Below are positions 51,812 through 61,276 of a stretch of DNA of 64,000 nucleotides, piece by piece; positions within the stretch are counted from its first letter, which is position 1; every line of letters starts with the position of its first letter. The notes beneath the pieces are model-generated. The model saw only the letters and a list, made by a program, of their open reading frames with translations, had not been told where the DNA came from and did no database searches. The DNA is from Candidatus Latescibacterota bacterium (lineage in GTDB: Bacteria > Latescibacterota > UBA2968 > GCA-2709665). The stretch is from NCBI GenBank assembly GCA_965205485.1, contig OZ242180.1:1248001-1312000 (forward strand). The letters run 5' to 3'. Both the position numbers and the translations under genes were made by a program.

Positions 51812-52924
51812 TTACACCGGATAATTGACCTTTAAATCGTTGAAATCATCGTTCAGTTCGTACGCTTTCCCTTCCGCGCGGGCGCGGTCCTTGTCAACAT
51901 CGTTGGCGTTCTTGACGAAGGCGTTGCTGACGACGTCCTCCGCCTTGTAGTGATTCTGAATCTGACCGAGTTCGTGGACGGTGTCGATATAGGCCTGCCA
52001 GGATTCCAGGTCGCTGTACCCGTAGCCTTTTCCGATGCGGTCGCCGTCAAAGTAGATGGTGCCCAGTTCGAGCATGGAATCCAGCGCGAGTTGCGGCGCC
52101 ATCTGCTCGCGCAGGGCCGGAAAGCGGCCATAGGTGATCTGGCCGGCCGCGCGCGGATTGGCCCGCGAAAACTCGTAGGCCAGACAGTTGGCCTTGAAGA
52201 AGCGCGTCCAGATGTCCACGCGTTTTTCGTCCTTCAGGTCATCGCTGTGTATGGCGTAACCGTTGGAAGGATGATTTGAGAACTCCATCCCGACCAGAAA
52301 CTTGAGCTTCATTCCGAGGGCCTTCCACTGGGCGGCCAGCCCCCGCCAGGCAAGCCCCGCGTCCGCTCGTCCGAGCGCGACCATTTGTCCCCACTGAGGG
52401 CCGCCATTGAGGTAGGTGACGGATTTGGGATCCAGCCCGGCTTCCACGAGGATGGGATCGATGATCACGCGCCATCCTTCCGAGGCGACGGCGATCTTCT
52501 TCCCTGCCAGATCCTGCACTTTCGTGATCGGACTGTCTTCCGGCAACGCGAAGTCAAAGACCTGCTTCATCACCATCTCCCACACGAGGACCACCGGGAT
52601 CCCCGCGTCGATGCTGGAGAGCAGGACGCCGGGAGACGGAAACCCCATATCAGCCTGTTTCTGGCCGACCAGTTTGGTTACCGCCAGGGCTTCCGTGGGA
52701 CCGGGTTGCAGCACCACGTCCAGGTTCATTTCCTTGAAGTAGCCCATTTCGTGGGCGACCCAGAGGTTGAAGTCGTCCATCACCTCCAGGTTTCCGCGGG
52801 GAGAAACCCAGACGACTTTGTCGGCTTCGCCCGCATTGAGCGGGTTGGCGGGGATGCAGAGCATGACGCCCATGGCCGATGAATACCCCAGAAATTCGCG
52901 GCGGGTAAGGGTGTCTTTCTTCAT
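51812..52924 (-). CDS. NMT1/THI5/SsuA-like ABC substrate-binding protein, Tat-exported
   Basis: TRREFL twin-arginine; VA.E.GYF.E..LDV, DL.GKKIAV; GGAGG RBS. Confidence 0.88.
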   Translation of the reverse strand: MKKDTLTRREFLGYSSAMGVMLCIPANPLNAGEADKVVWVSPRGNLEVMDDFNLWVAHEMGYFKEMNLDVVLQPGPTEALAVTKLVGQKQADMGFPSPGVLLSSIDAGIPVVLVWEMVMKQVFDFALPEDSPITKVQDLAGKKIAVASEGWRVIIDPILVEAGLDPKSVTYLNGGPQWGQMVALGRADAGLAWRGLAAQWKALGMKLKFLVGMEFSNHPSNGYAIHSDDLKDEKRVDIWTRFFKANCLAYEFSRANPRAAGQITYGRFPALREQMAPQLALDSMLELGTIYFDGDRIGKGYGYSDLESWQAYIDTVHELGQIQNHYKAEDVVSNAFVKNANDVDKDRARAEGKAYELNDDFNDLKVNYPV

Positions 52925-53330
52925 TTCATTTCCTCCGGTTTGAATCTTGCCGGTTGGCGAAAGCGTCGTCACCTCTCCACTCGGCCCCCTCGGCACAAGC
53001 TATCAGCTGTCAGCCCTCAGCCGTCAGCCAAAAACGAAAACCAAAGTCAAAACCAACCTCTCCCCCCGTCCCCCTCTCCTAAAGGAAAGGGGGAGACAAG
53101 CGAAGCGGTACGTTGACGCCCGACCAGATTAACTCTCATTGACGCGAGAACGTCATCTCCGTTTTTTCTCAAGGACAAGACACCGACGAACCCCGGTTCC
53201 CCCTTCCTTCAGGAAGGGGGTCAGGGGGTAGGTCTCGTGAGGATTCTTATCGTCCCGGAGGCAAGGTGGTATAACAAACCGGGCAAGGGCTTCTTCTCAC
53301 GTCTCACCTCTTCCGTCTCCCCGCCTTTCG

Positions 53331-54131
53331 CTAATTCTCCCAGTTCGCCCATTTCTTGCCGATCAGGTAAAAGGCGACATAAAGGCCGATCCCGATCGCG
53401 GCGATGAGGATGATCACGGCGAAAAAACTGGACATGCGCGCGAGTGAAGAATAATAGACGAGTCGATTGCCCAGGCCGGACCCGCCACCCACCATCTCCG
53501 CGCCGATCGCCGTCAGCAGTCCGAAAATGCCGCCGACCATGAGTCCGACGATGATCATCGGCAGCGCGAGTGGAAAGCGGACCTTGTAGAAGATCTGAAG
53601 CGTCGAGGCGCCGTATGAGCGGGCCAGGGCGATCTTCGCAAGGTCGGTCCTGCGGAAACCCGTAGCTGCGTTGATCATGACCATCGGACCCACCGCGAGA
53701 GCGACCGCGATGACACGGGGCGTCTGTCCGAACCCGAACTTGAGGATCAGCAGCGGGACGAGGGCGAGCATGGGCGTGGTGACCAGAATCAGGATATAAG
53801 GCGTGACGATCTTTTCTGCAAAGGGGAACTGCGTGATGAGCGCGGCCAAAAGAATGCCGGCGACGGCACCGATCGCGTATCCCAGACCCAGTTCCTGAAG
53901 CGTAACCAGCAGGTGGGGCCAGAGTAACGGGAAGGACCGGTAGAGCGCGGATGCGATCTCGCTCGGAAGCGGGAAGACATAGGACGGGATGTCCCACGCG
54001 CGGACCACGAGTTCGGAAGCCCCCACAACCGCTACCGCCACACCGGCGATTACGGCGACCTGTACGCCGGCGAAGCTGACGGACGTCAGCGCGGACCAGT
54101 TGATGGGTTGTTTTTCGTGTTTAGTAGACAT
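53331..54131 (-). CDS. ABC transporter permease (SsuC/TauC-like)
   Basis: P.PS.I, P..ALVPL..L.FG.G, ARS.GA...QIF.KVR.P.ALP, IGAE. Confidence 0.92.
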   Translation of the reverse strand: MSTKHEKQPINWSALTSVSFAGVQVAVIAGVAVAVVGASELVVRAWDIPSYVFPLPSEIASALYRSFPLLWPHLLVTLQELGLGYAIGAVAGILLAALITQFPFAEKIVTPYILILVTTPMLALVPLLILKFGFGQTPRVIAVALAVGPMVMINAATGFRRTDLAKIALARSYGASTLQIFYKVRFPLALPMIIVGLMVGGIFGLLTAIGAEMVGGGSGLGNRLVYYSSLARMSSFFAVIILIAAIGIGLYVAFYLIGKKWANWEN

Positions 54132-54281
54132 AGAATGAGCTATCAGCTATCAGTGGTCAGCTGTCAGCAAAAAGCAAGAAACGGAAACCAACAGCCACCT
54201 CCCCACCGCCACGCAGACCTCTCTCGCGCGGGAGAGTGGGAGGGAAAGCAGGTTTCGCGTGCCGAGTTGTGTTGCCAATCG

Positions 54282-55070
54282 TCACGTTGACGTCGCATAA
54301 TTCTGAACGTCCTGAAAGATCGTCTGTTTGATTTCGGCGACGATTTCGAAGAAATGGGGTTCGGCGGTCACGGACAGCGGCCGCGGGCGAGGTAGATCGA
54401 TGTCGTAGATCTTCGAGTTCCTGCCCGGACGGGGCGTCATCACGTAAACCCGATCGGAAAGGTAGACGGCTTCGGGGATCTGGTGGGTGACGAAGACAAT
54501 GGTCTTGCGGGACTGTTCCCAGATGTTGAGGAGCATCAGGTTCATTTCGTCCCGCGTGAAGGCGTCCAGGGCGCCGAAGGGTTCGTCCATCAGCAGGACC
54601 CGCGGGTCGTACGCCAGCGCACGGACGATGGAAGCCCGTTGCTGCATGCCTCCCGAGAGTTCGCCGGGGTAATGGCGTTCGAAGCCCTTCAGGGCCGTGA
54701 TCTCGATCAGGTCGTCGATTCGTTCCCGGTATTTCCCGGGGTCTTCCCTCATGATTTCGAATGGAAAACGGATATTCTGCAGCAGGTTCCGCCATGGCAG
54801 CAGATTGGAGGTCTGGAAAACCATGCCGATCTCCCGCCGGGGTTCCACGACCTGCTGTCCGTTTACCGTAATTTTCCCTTCGGTGAGCGGCCAGAGCGCC
54901 GCCATGGCCCAGAGCAGCGTGCTCTTTCCGCAGCCGCTCGGACCGACGATCGACACCAGTTCGCCTTCCCGAACAGAAAGATCGAACCCGTCCAGCGCCT
55001 GGACTTCCCCGCGGTCTCCGGCAAAGGTCTTGCACGCATTCTCAACGGTGATGATGGGCGGGCTTTGCAT
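54282..55070 (-). CDS. ABC transporter ATP-binding protein (SsuB/TauB-like)
   Basis: GPSGCGKST, LSGGMQQR, LLMDEPFGALD, VTH. Confidence 0.95.
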   Translation of the reverse strand: MQSPPIITVENACKTFAGDRGEVQALDGFDLSVREGELVSIVGPSGCGKSTLLWAMAALWPLTEGKITVNGQQVVEPRREIGMVFQTSNLLPWRNLLQNIRFPFEIMREDPGKYRERIDDLIEITALKGFERHYPGELSGGMQQRASIVRALAYDPRVLLMDEPFGALDAFTRDEMNLMLLNIWEQSRKTIVFVTHQIPEAVYLSDRVYVMTPRPGRNSKIYDIDLPRPRPLSVTAEPHFFEIVAEIKQTIFQDVQNYATST

Positions 55071-55652
55071 CGGCTGAAATATAGAACGCCGCAAGTGCGC
55101 GGGGAACGAGGGCAATAGATTCGAGCCCAACGGGATGGGCGCGTTGCGGCTGGTTGGAAACACCAGGATGACGACCGGGAGTATATCGGATTTAGGGAGA
55201 TGGAACAAGGGATTTCTGGCGTGAAGGAAGTAGGAAAAAGGAAGAAGAAAGAGGACCACACCGCGCCCACGGCACGTCGATACGGCCTGGCGAAATCAAT
55301 TCACGGATGCCTGATTTCGTAGGGGCGACCGGCCGGTCGCCCATTTGCAACCCGGATTCCGGTTCACACGAAGGCGCCAAGACCTCTCCCCCCGGCCCCC
55401 TCTCCTGAAGGAAAGGGGAAGTAAAACCAGGGGATGGGCTAATGCGAAATTTGTCCGATGTCCGGTTTATGTAGGGGCCGTCCGCGAACCATCCATGCAG
55501 CGTACAGGAGCCGGCGGTGGGGGACCAGACTACGAATCCACGCGACGGTCGGCGACGAAGAACAGAGATGGGAAGCCGGGTTCGATTCATCAGACGATAT
55601 GTGCTGTTTCAGACCGAGTTTTCCGGCACCTCCCTGATACTTTAAACTGGAT

Positions 55653-57623
55653 TCAAACGGCTTCAGTTACCGCTCCTCGCATCGCCAGGATGTACTTCGC
55701 CCGATCCAGCGGCGATATCCCCTTGTAGGGCCGCACGACGCCCTCGCCCGGCGGGCACGGCTCATATCCGTCGTACTTGAAGGAGAATTTCGCCGTTCCG
55801 CCTGTCAACGAGTTCAGCCGGATCGAATAGTCCATCGAAGTCGCAAGGGGTAATCGTCCCGTAACCGATAACGCACCTCCGTCTGCCTCTACTGGATCGA
55901 AGGTGCCGCGCGCGTTTATGATGTCCGACGTGATCCTGCCAACGTAGGTCTCGGCCACCGTGATTTTGAACGCCAGTATCGGTTCGAGCAGAATCGACCC
56001 GGTCTCGGTCAGCCCTTTCAACACCGCGATATTCGTCGCGAGTTTGAAATTGCCCGCACGGCTGTGCAGAACGTGATCGCTCCCCTCCACCAGGGTAATC
56101 TTCAGATCCGTGACTTCCCATCCCTTGATTCCCTGCCTGAACGCGCCCTCGATCGATCTTTCGATCTCCTTCTGATATCGTGCCTTGATGTCGTTGACGC
56201 CGACCTGTGACGAATAAACGACACCGCTTCCCGGCTCGCCCGGTTCGATCCGATACTTCACGATGGCCCAACACGGTTTCGGCATCGTGTAGCGCTCGAT
56301 GCCGAAGCCGACCGAAGCAGGTGTCTCCTTGTAAATGACCGCTGGGTCACTAAACCGCGCCTTTATGCCAAATCGCGCATCGAGCATCTCGGTCAGAATC
56401 TCCGCCTGAACCGGGCCCATGATCTTCAACTGCAGTTCGCGTTCATCCTCGAACCACGTGAAGTTGAGGTGTGGGTCTTCGCTCGACAACTGTTGCAGCG
56501 CCCCGGCCAGCAGAGCGTGATCCGCCTCGTGTTCCGGGATTGCCTGTACCGACAGCAGCGGCTCTCCGAGTTCGCAGGACCCGGGGATGGGGCCCGGGTC
56601 GCCCAGGATGTCGCCAATCTTCGCCTCCGGCATCCCGCAGAAGAAACCGATGTCGCCGGCGGAGAGGGCGCCCGTGTCCTCGTATCGATTGAGATAGGAT
56701 TTCTTGATCTGCGTAATCTTCTCGTCGCGATCAGCCGTAACATTCCGGATGATATCTCTGTTTTGGAGTCGTCCTGCAAAGAGACGAACGCCGGCGATGC
56801 GCCCAAGTTTCGGATCGTGGTCGAGCTTGAACACCACACCGGAGGGTGGACGTGAGTCATCGACATTCGCATCGGGGAACCAGGCCACGATCTTCCCCAG
56901 CAGTTCCTCCGTTCCGATCATGTTCTTGGCCACACCGCAGAGTATGGGAAACAGTTCTCTCCTGGCCGTGCAAGCCGCAATCACTTTCTCGATCTCTGCT
57001 TTTGAAATTGGCTCCTCGTTCAGAAATCGCTCCAGGAGTGCGTCGTCCTTCGCGGCTACGGTCTCTGCCAGGACGGCTTGACCGTCCGCGTCAAGATCGG
57101 TCATGCGCGCGTCCGATTCGCCTTCCTTCTCCGGCTGATTGACCAGTATCACGTCGCGCGAAAATCGACGCTTCAGATCATCGACGACCCTCGCCGTATC
57201 CGCGCCGATCCGATCCAGTTTGTTCACGAACACGATGACGGGTACGTTCAGCGCTTCCAGCGCGGCCCATATCGACTCAGTCTGGGCCTGGATGCCTTCG
57301 ACCGCGGAAAGAACGAGAACGGCGCAGTCCAGCACCCGAAGAGACCGTTCGACTTCGGCGGAAAAATCGACGTGACCCGGCGTGTCGATCAGGTTGATCC
57401 TCACGCCCTCCCACTCAAATGACATCGCCGATGCCCGGACCGAGATCCCTCGCCGCCTCTCCACGTCGAGCGTGTCGGAGAGGCTTGTTCCCTTGTCGAC
57501 ACTTCCGGCCATGCGGATGGCACCGCTCTGGAACAGCAGATTCTCAGTCACGGTCGTCTTGCCGGCATCGACGTGCGCGAGGATACCAAGATTGCGTATT
57601 CTCGAGGGATCTCCAGGAGACAC
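55653..57623 (-). CDS. TetM/TetO/OtrA-like EF-G family translational GTPase
   Basis: NLGILAHVDAGKTT, ERRRGIS, DTPGHVDF, NKLD, EDP.L, MG..Q.EIL, LLEP, C-terminal DRAKY; probable GTG start 57623. Confidence 0.88.
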   Translation of the reverse strand: MSPGDPSRIRNLGILAHVDAGKTTVTENLLFQSGAIRMAGSVDKGTSLSDTLDVERRRGISVRASAMSFEWEGVRINLIDTPGHVDFSAEVERSLRVLDCAVLVLSAVEGIQAQTESIWAALEALNVPVIVFVNKLDRIGADTARVVDDLKRRFSRDVILVNQPEKEGESDARMTDLDADGQAVLAETVAAKDDALLERFLNEEPISKAEIEKVIAACTARRELFPILCGVAKNMIGTEELLGKIVAWFPDANVDDSRPPSGVVFKLDHDPKLGRIAGVRLFAGRLQNRDIIRNVTADRDEKITQIKKSYLNRYEDTGALSAGDIGFFCGMPEAKIGDILGDPGPIPGSCELGEPLLSVQAIPEHEADHALLAGALQQLSSEDPHLNFTWFEDERELQLKIMGPVQAEILTEMLDARFGIKARFSDPAVIYKETPASVGFGIERYTMPKPCWAIVKYRIEPGEPGSGVVYSSQVGVNDIKARYQKEIERSIEGAFRQGIKGWEVTDLKITLVEGSDHVLHSRAGNFKLATNIAVLKGLTETGSILLEPILAFKITVAETYVGRITSDIINARGTFDPVEADGGALSVTGRLPLATSMDYSIRLNSLTGGTAKFSFKYDGYEPCPPGEGVVRPYKGISPLDRAKYILAMRGAVTEAV

Positions 57624-58061
57624 AGGATAATCGTTCCAATGGCGGGTGGCTTGAGACAATCGACGTGCTGGGGTGGTACACACTTCATGATAAACAAAAG
57701 TCGTCATGCCTGCGAGAAAGTCCCGCAGCGGGGCAGGCGTAAACGTCGGTTCTGACGACGGCGCCAGACGTCTCCCCCCGGCCCCCTCTCCTGAAGGAAA
57801 GGGGAAGGAAAACCAGGAAAACCGGCCTAACACGGAAACATGAAAGGACACAAAGCGAATGCCGGATACAGGGACAAGGCGGGCAACCACAAGGGTTGCC
57901 CCGACAAATGCGAGGATTTCTCCGGACGGGCAATACCTCCCTGCCGAGCGGAACCCGGCGCATGCCGGTTCCTTGATACAACAGCATCTGTCTTTTAACC
58001 TCTTCGCTTGACAAGATGAACCCAATTGACGTACTTTTTCCGAACAGATCGGAGGTGCGCC

Positions 58062-58292
58062 ATGAGTGGGAAACTCTTCAACGAAGACAATATGCGATTG
58101 GTCGTCTTGCTATTGGCCATCTGGGGTCTGATGTGGAACTTTTCATCCGGAATCAACCAAAGAATAGACAGATTGGAAGATAAGATTGAAACGAAATTTG
58201 ATACCGTTGACAGGAAACTGGAAAGAATAGATGCACGTCTGGACGCCTTCGGGGAACGCATCGCCGCAAACGAAGCAAGACTCAAAGAGTAA
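58062..58292 (+). CDS. Small membrane-anchored coiled-coil protein
   Basis: GGAGG RBS; one hydrophobic helix then heptad-like RIDRLEDKIETKFDTVDRKLERIDARLD; AT-richer than neighbours. Confidence 0.7.
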   Translation: MSGKLFNEDNMRLVVLLLAIWGLMWNFSSGINQRIDRLEDKIETKFDTVDRKLERIDARLDAFGERIAANEARLKE

Positions 58293-58495
58293 AAATCCAT
58301 CCCATCCAAGACGATGACAACGGCCTGCCAGCAAGACACATTGGCAGGCCTTGTTATTTCCCCCTTCTTTTCCCCTTCCTCCTTGCCTCTATCCGCGCAT
58401 TTTCTTAAAATTACAAGCCCGTGCGCTTCGCGCAGGATGCAACTCGACGCGGTGTTTTCGAAAGACTTCTTCCCTTTCCGGCAACAGGAGAACGA

Positions 58496-59779
58496 ATGCA
58501 GACCGATTACGCGTTTGAGATGGGGACTTCGAATTTGCGGTTCGGACCGGGCGCGACAAGGGAAGTGGGCATGGATCTGTCCGAACTTGGCGCCAGGCGC
58601 GCGATGCTGTTAACGGACCCCAATCTCGTGGACCTGCCGCCTGTGCGGACGGCTGTCGAATCCCTCAAGAGCGAGGGGGTCGATTACGCGCTTTTTGACC
58701 GTGTCCGGGTCGAACCCACGGACGTGTCGTTTCAGGAAGCCATCGACTTTGCACTGGATGGAAACTTCGATGCGTTCGTTGCCGTGGGCGGCGGTTCCTC
58801 CATCGATACGGCAAAAGCCGCGAATCTCTATTCCACCTTTCCCGATGATTTCTACGCGTACGTGAACGCCCCGATCGGCAGCGGCAAGCCGGTTCCCGGC
58901 GCGCTCAAGCCATTGATCGCGATTCCGACGACCGCCGGAACCGGCAGCGAGACCACGGGAGTCACGATATTCGATATCTCCGAGAAACACGTCAAGACCG
59001 GCATCGCCCACCGCCGCCTGAAACCGTCGCTGGGCATTGTCGATCCTGAGAATACGCGAACCATGCCGCCGGTTGTTGCGGCCTCGACGGGCCTGGACGT
59101 GCTCTGCCACGCCCTTGAGTCGTATACGGCGATTCCGTACGACCAGCGCCCGTTGCCCGAACGGCCGATTCTGCGGCCGGCTTACCAGGGTACCAATCCC
59201 ATCAGCGACATGTGGGCGATCAGGGCCATCGAACTGGTCGCGGAGAACATCGTGCGCGCGGTTGCGGATCCGGATGATGACGAGGCGAGGTCGAATATGA
59301 TTCTGGCATCGAGCATGGCTGGGATGGGCTTCGGCAACGCGGGCGTTCATCTCCCTCACGGGATGTCCTATCCCGTCTCGGGGATGGTGCGGGAATACCG
59401 GCCGGAGGGGATGGTAAGCGACCATCCCATCGTGCCCCATGGGATGTCGGTCTTCCTGAACGCGCCGGCAGCCTTCCGGTTTACCGGTCCTGCATGCCCG
59501 GAACGCCATCTCAAGGCCGCGCAACTGCTGGGCGCGGACATTTCCGGGGTGAAGGACCCTGAGACGGAGGCGGGAGGGAACCTCGCCGACCGCATCGTCG
59601 TGCTGATGAAGCGTCTCGAAATGCCCAACGGACTTTCCGCGATCGGGTTTACGGAGGCCGACGTGCCCGCGCTGGTGGAGGGCACGCTACCCCAGCACCG
59701 AGTAACCAAACTGTCGCCGAGGCCGGCCGGCAGAGATGACCTGGCAGCTCTATTCAGGGACGCGCTGACTGCCTGGTAG
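58496..59779 (+). CDS. Hydroxyacid-oxoacid transhydrogenase (ADHFE1/HOT-like iron-type ADH)
   Basis: DYAFEM..S..RFG.G...EVG.D, GGGSSIDTAKA, PTTAGTGSE, RPAYQG.NP, FGNAGVHL.HGMSYPVSG, LPQHRVTKLSP; AGGAG RBS. Confidence 0.9.
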   Translation: MQTDYAFEMGTSNLRFGPGATREVGMDLSELGARRAMLLTDPNLVDLPPVRTAVESLKSEGVDYALFDRVRVEPTDVSFQEAIDFALDGNFDAFVAVGGGSSIDTAKAANLYSTFPDDFYAYVNAPIGSGKPVPGALKPLIAIPTTAGTGSETTGVTIFDISEKHVKTGIAHRRLKPSLGIVDPENTRTMPPVVAASTGLDVLCHALESYTAIPYDQRPLPERPILRPAYQGTNPISDMWAIRAIELVAENIVRAVADPDDDEARSNMILASSMAGMGFGNAGVHLPHGMSYPVSGMVREYRPEGMVSDHPIVPHGMSVFLNAPAAFRFTGPACPERHLKAAQLLGADISGVKDPETEAGGNLADRIVVLMKRLEMPNGLSAIGFTEADVPALVEGTLPQHRVTKLSPRPAGRDDLAALFRDALTAW

Positions 59780-59812
59780 GAATTGAGCGGATTTCAGGAG
59801 GATGAGACTCGC

Positions 59813-60877
59813 ATGGCTTCGACACGATCGTCAGAGCCACAGGTCGATTTCACCAGAGGACCCGGCGCGGATGGTTCGGATCATTTGCCCCCGTTTCCCG
59901 AAGGATGGTATCTGGTAGAGACGCGGGAGTCCCTTCTGCGGGAAAAACTGATCGAAAAGACCTGGATGGGAGAAGAAATCGTCGCATGGTGCGACGAGGA
60001 GGGCCGCGTCTGCGTGGCCGACTCGATATGCCCGCACCTGGGCTCATCCCTTGGGCCGGACGTTGGCGGGATGGTCTGCAACGGCCGTCTCGTCTGTCCG
60101 TTTCATGGATTCGAGTTCGATACGACCGGCCAATGCGTCGCGACGCCGAACGCTCCGGCGCCCAGAGCCGCGAAGCTGAAGGTCTACGAAACCAGAGAGA
60201 TTCTCGGCCTCGTCTTCGCCTGGTTCGGGAACGGCGGCAGGCCGTCACACTGGGACCTTCCGGGCGAGCCGCCCACCGGCGCCGAGTGGGGCGAAATCGG
60301 ATTCCGGACCCTCCGGTTCCGCGGCCATCCACAGGAAACGGCGGAAAACTCCGTCGACGTGGGGCACCTCCGCTACGTGCACGGCTACGACAAGGTAAAT
60401 CCAGTCGGTTCGTTAACTGTGGACGGTGCCTATCTTAAGAGTTGCTTCGACTTCAGACGCGTTCGCAGGATCCTGGGAGTAAAGGACCTCGTGTACGAAA
60501 TCTCGGCTGTCGCCCACATCCACGGACTGGGCTACTCTTTCGTCGAAATCCACGAGAAAACCATCGACATGCACGCAAGACTGTGGGTGCTTCCCACACC
60601 TGTTGACGGCTCCGTAATCGACCTCGTTCTGGCCGGCCAACTGAGGGAAATCCCAAAGCCCAGGCGGTTCATCTCGGGGCTGGGTTTCTTACCGATGACG
60701 TTGCGCCAACGGCTGATGAATCACATTCTGCTTTCAGCGCAAGAACAGGATGTATTGCAGGACGTGGTAATCTGGGAAAAGAAGCGGCATCGGTCGCCTC
60801 CGCGGCTCTGCCGGGCCGACGGCCCCATAGGCGCCTACCGCCGCTACTGCCGGCAGTTCTATCCGGAACAGCCTTAG
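59813..60877 (+). CDS. Rieske [2Fe-2S] oxygenase, Neverland/KshA-related (second copy)
   Basis: LPPFPEGWY; C-P-H-x19-C-P-F-H; ENSVDVGHLRYVH; QDVVIWEKK...PP.L...DGPI..YRRYCRQFY. Confidence 0.85.
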   Translation: MASTRSSEPQVDFTRGPGADGSDHLPPFPEGWYLVETRESLLREKLIEKTWMGEEIVAWCDEEGRVCVADSICPHLGSSLGPDVGGMVCNGRLVCPFHGFEFDTTGQCVATPNAPAPRAAKLKVYETREILGLVFAWFGNGGRPSHWDLPGEPPTGAEWGEIGFRTLRFRGHPQETAENSVDVGHLRYVHGYDKVNPVGSLTVDGAYLKSCFDFRRVRRILGVKDLVYEISAVAHIHGLGYSFVEIHEKTIDMHARLWVLPTPVDGSVIDLVLAGQLREIPKPRRFISGLGFLPMTLRQRLMNHILLSAQEQDVLQDVVIWEKKRHRSPPRLCRADGPIGAYRRYCRQFYPEQP

Positions 60878-61013
60878 GGCTGATCGATGCGGCCTCCAGC
60901 TCCGCTGATCTGGATCGGAGCATTTTAGATGAGCTATGCAGATAGTATACAGATATATTCCAACGTCAATTACCAAAACAACGCCAGGACTAAATCAGAG
61001 GTTCCAAGCAACC

Positions 61014-61047
61014 TTGACAAGGTAACTGAAATGCTGTATCTTATAAT
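61014..61047 (+). promoter_or_regulatory. Sigma70-type promoter
   Basis: TTGACA (61014-61019), 17-nt spacer, TATCTT (61037-61042), overlapping TATAAT (61042-61047), in an AT-rich stretch. Confidence 0.55.
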
Positions 61048-61050
61048 TAT

Positions 61051-61205
61051 ATGAACAAGTTACACACTTCCAAAGCGAGTTCGAATCCTTCACCTTCTGC
61101 TTGAGGGAACGTCGATGCGGGCAGAATTTCGCATCATGCGCGTTTCAGTAAAACACCGTCTTCAGGCTGCTGATTGATGCACCCCTTGCCTGCGCAAGAT
61201 TCCAC
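61051..61205 (+). pseudogene. Frameshifted N-terminal remnant of an IS1-family-like transposase
   Basis: MNKL..(fs)KRVRILHLLLEGTSMRA..RI.RVS(fs)NTVFRLLIDA..ACARFH resembles the HTH N-terminus of IS1-like transposases; no catalytic domain follows. Confidence 0.65.
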
Positions 61206-61276
61206 TCTGCTACGCCGAGGCCGTTATTGAGGGCCGCCATCCGACGACAGCAGGTGGCCAGAGGATAATTGGTTAA

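Noticed and set aside
55653..57623. Calling this a bona fide tetracycline resistance gene (tetM/tetO)
   Set aside because: Family-level similarity only; the domain IV loop differs from proven ribosomal protection proteins
57624..58025. Long N-terminal extension of the TetM-like ORF (also 55071..55259 and 52925..52996 for ABC genes)
   Set aside because: Runs through REP or intergenic sequence; family homology begins downstream
61076..61092. GTTCGAATCC T-loop-like motif suggesting a tRNA
   Set aside because: No cloverleaf or acceptor stem; lies inside the transposase remnant
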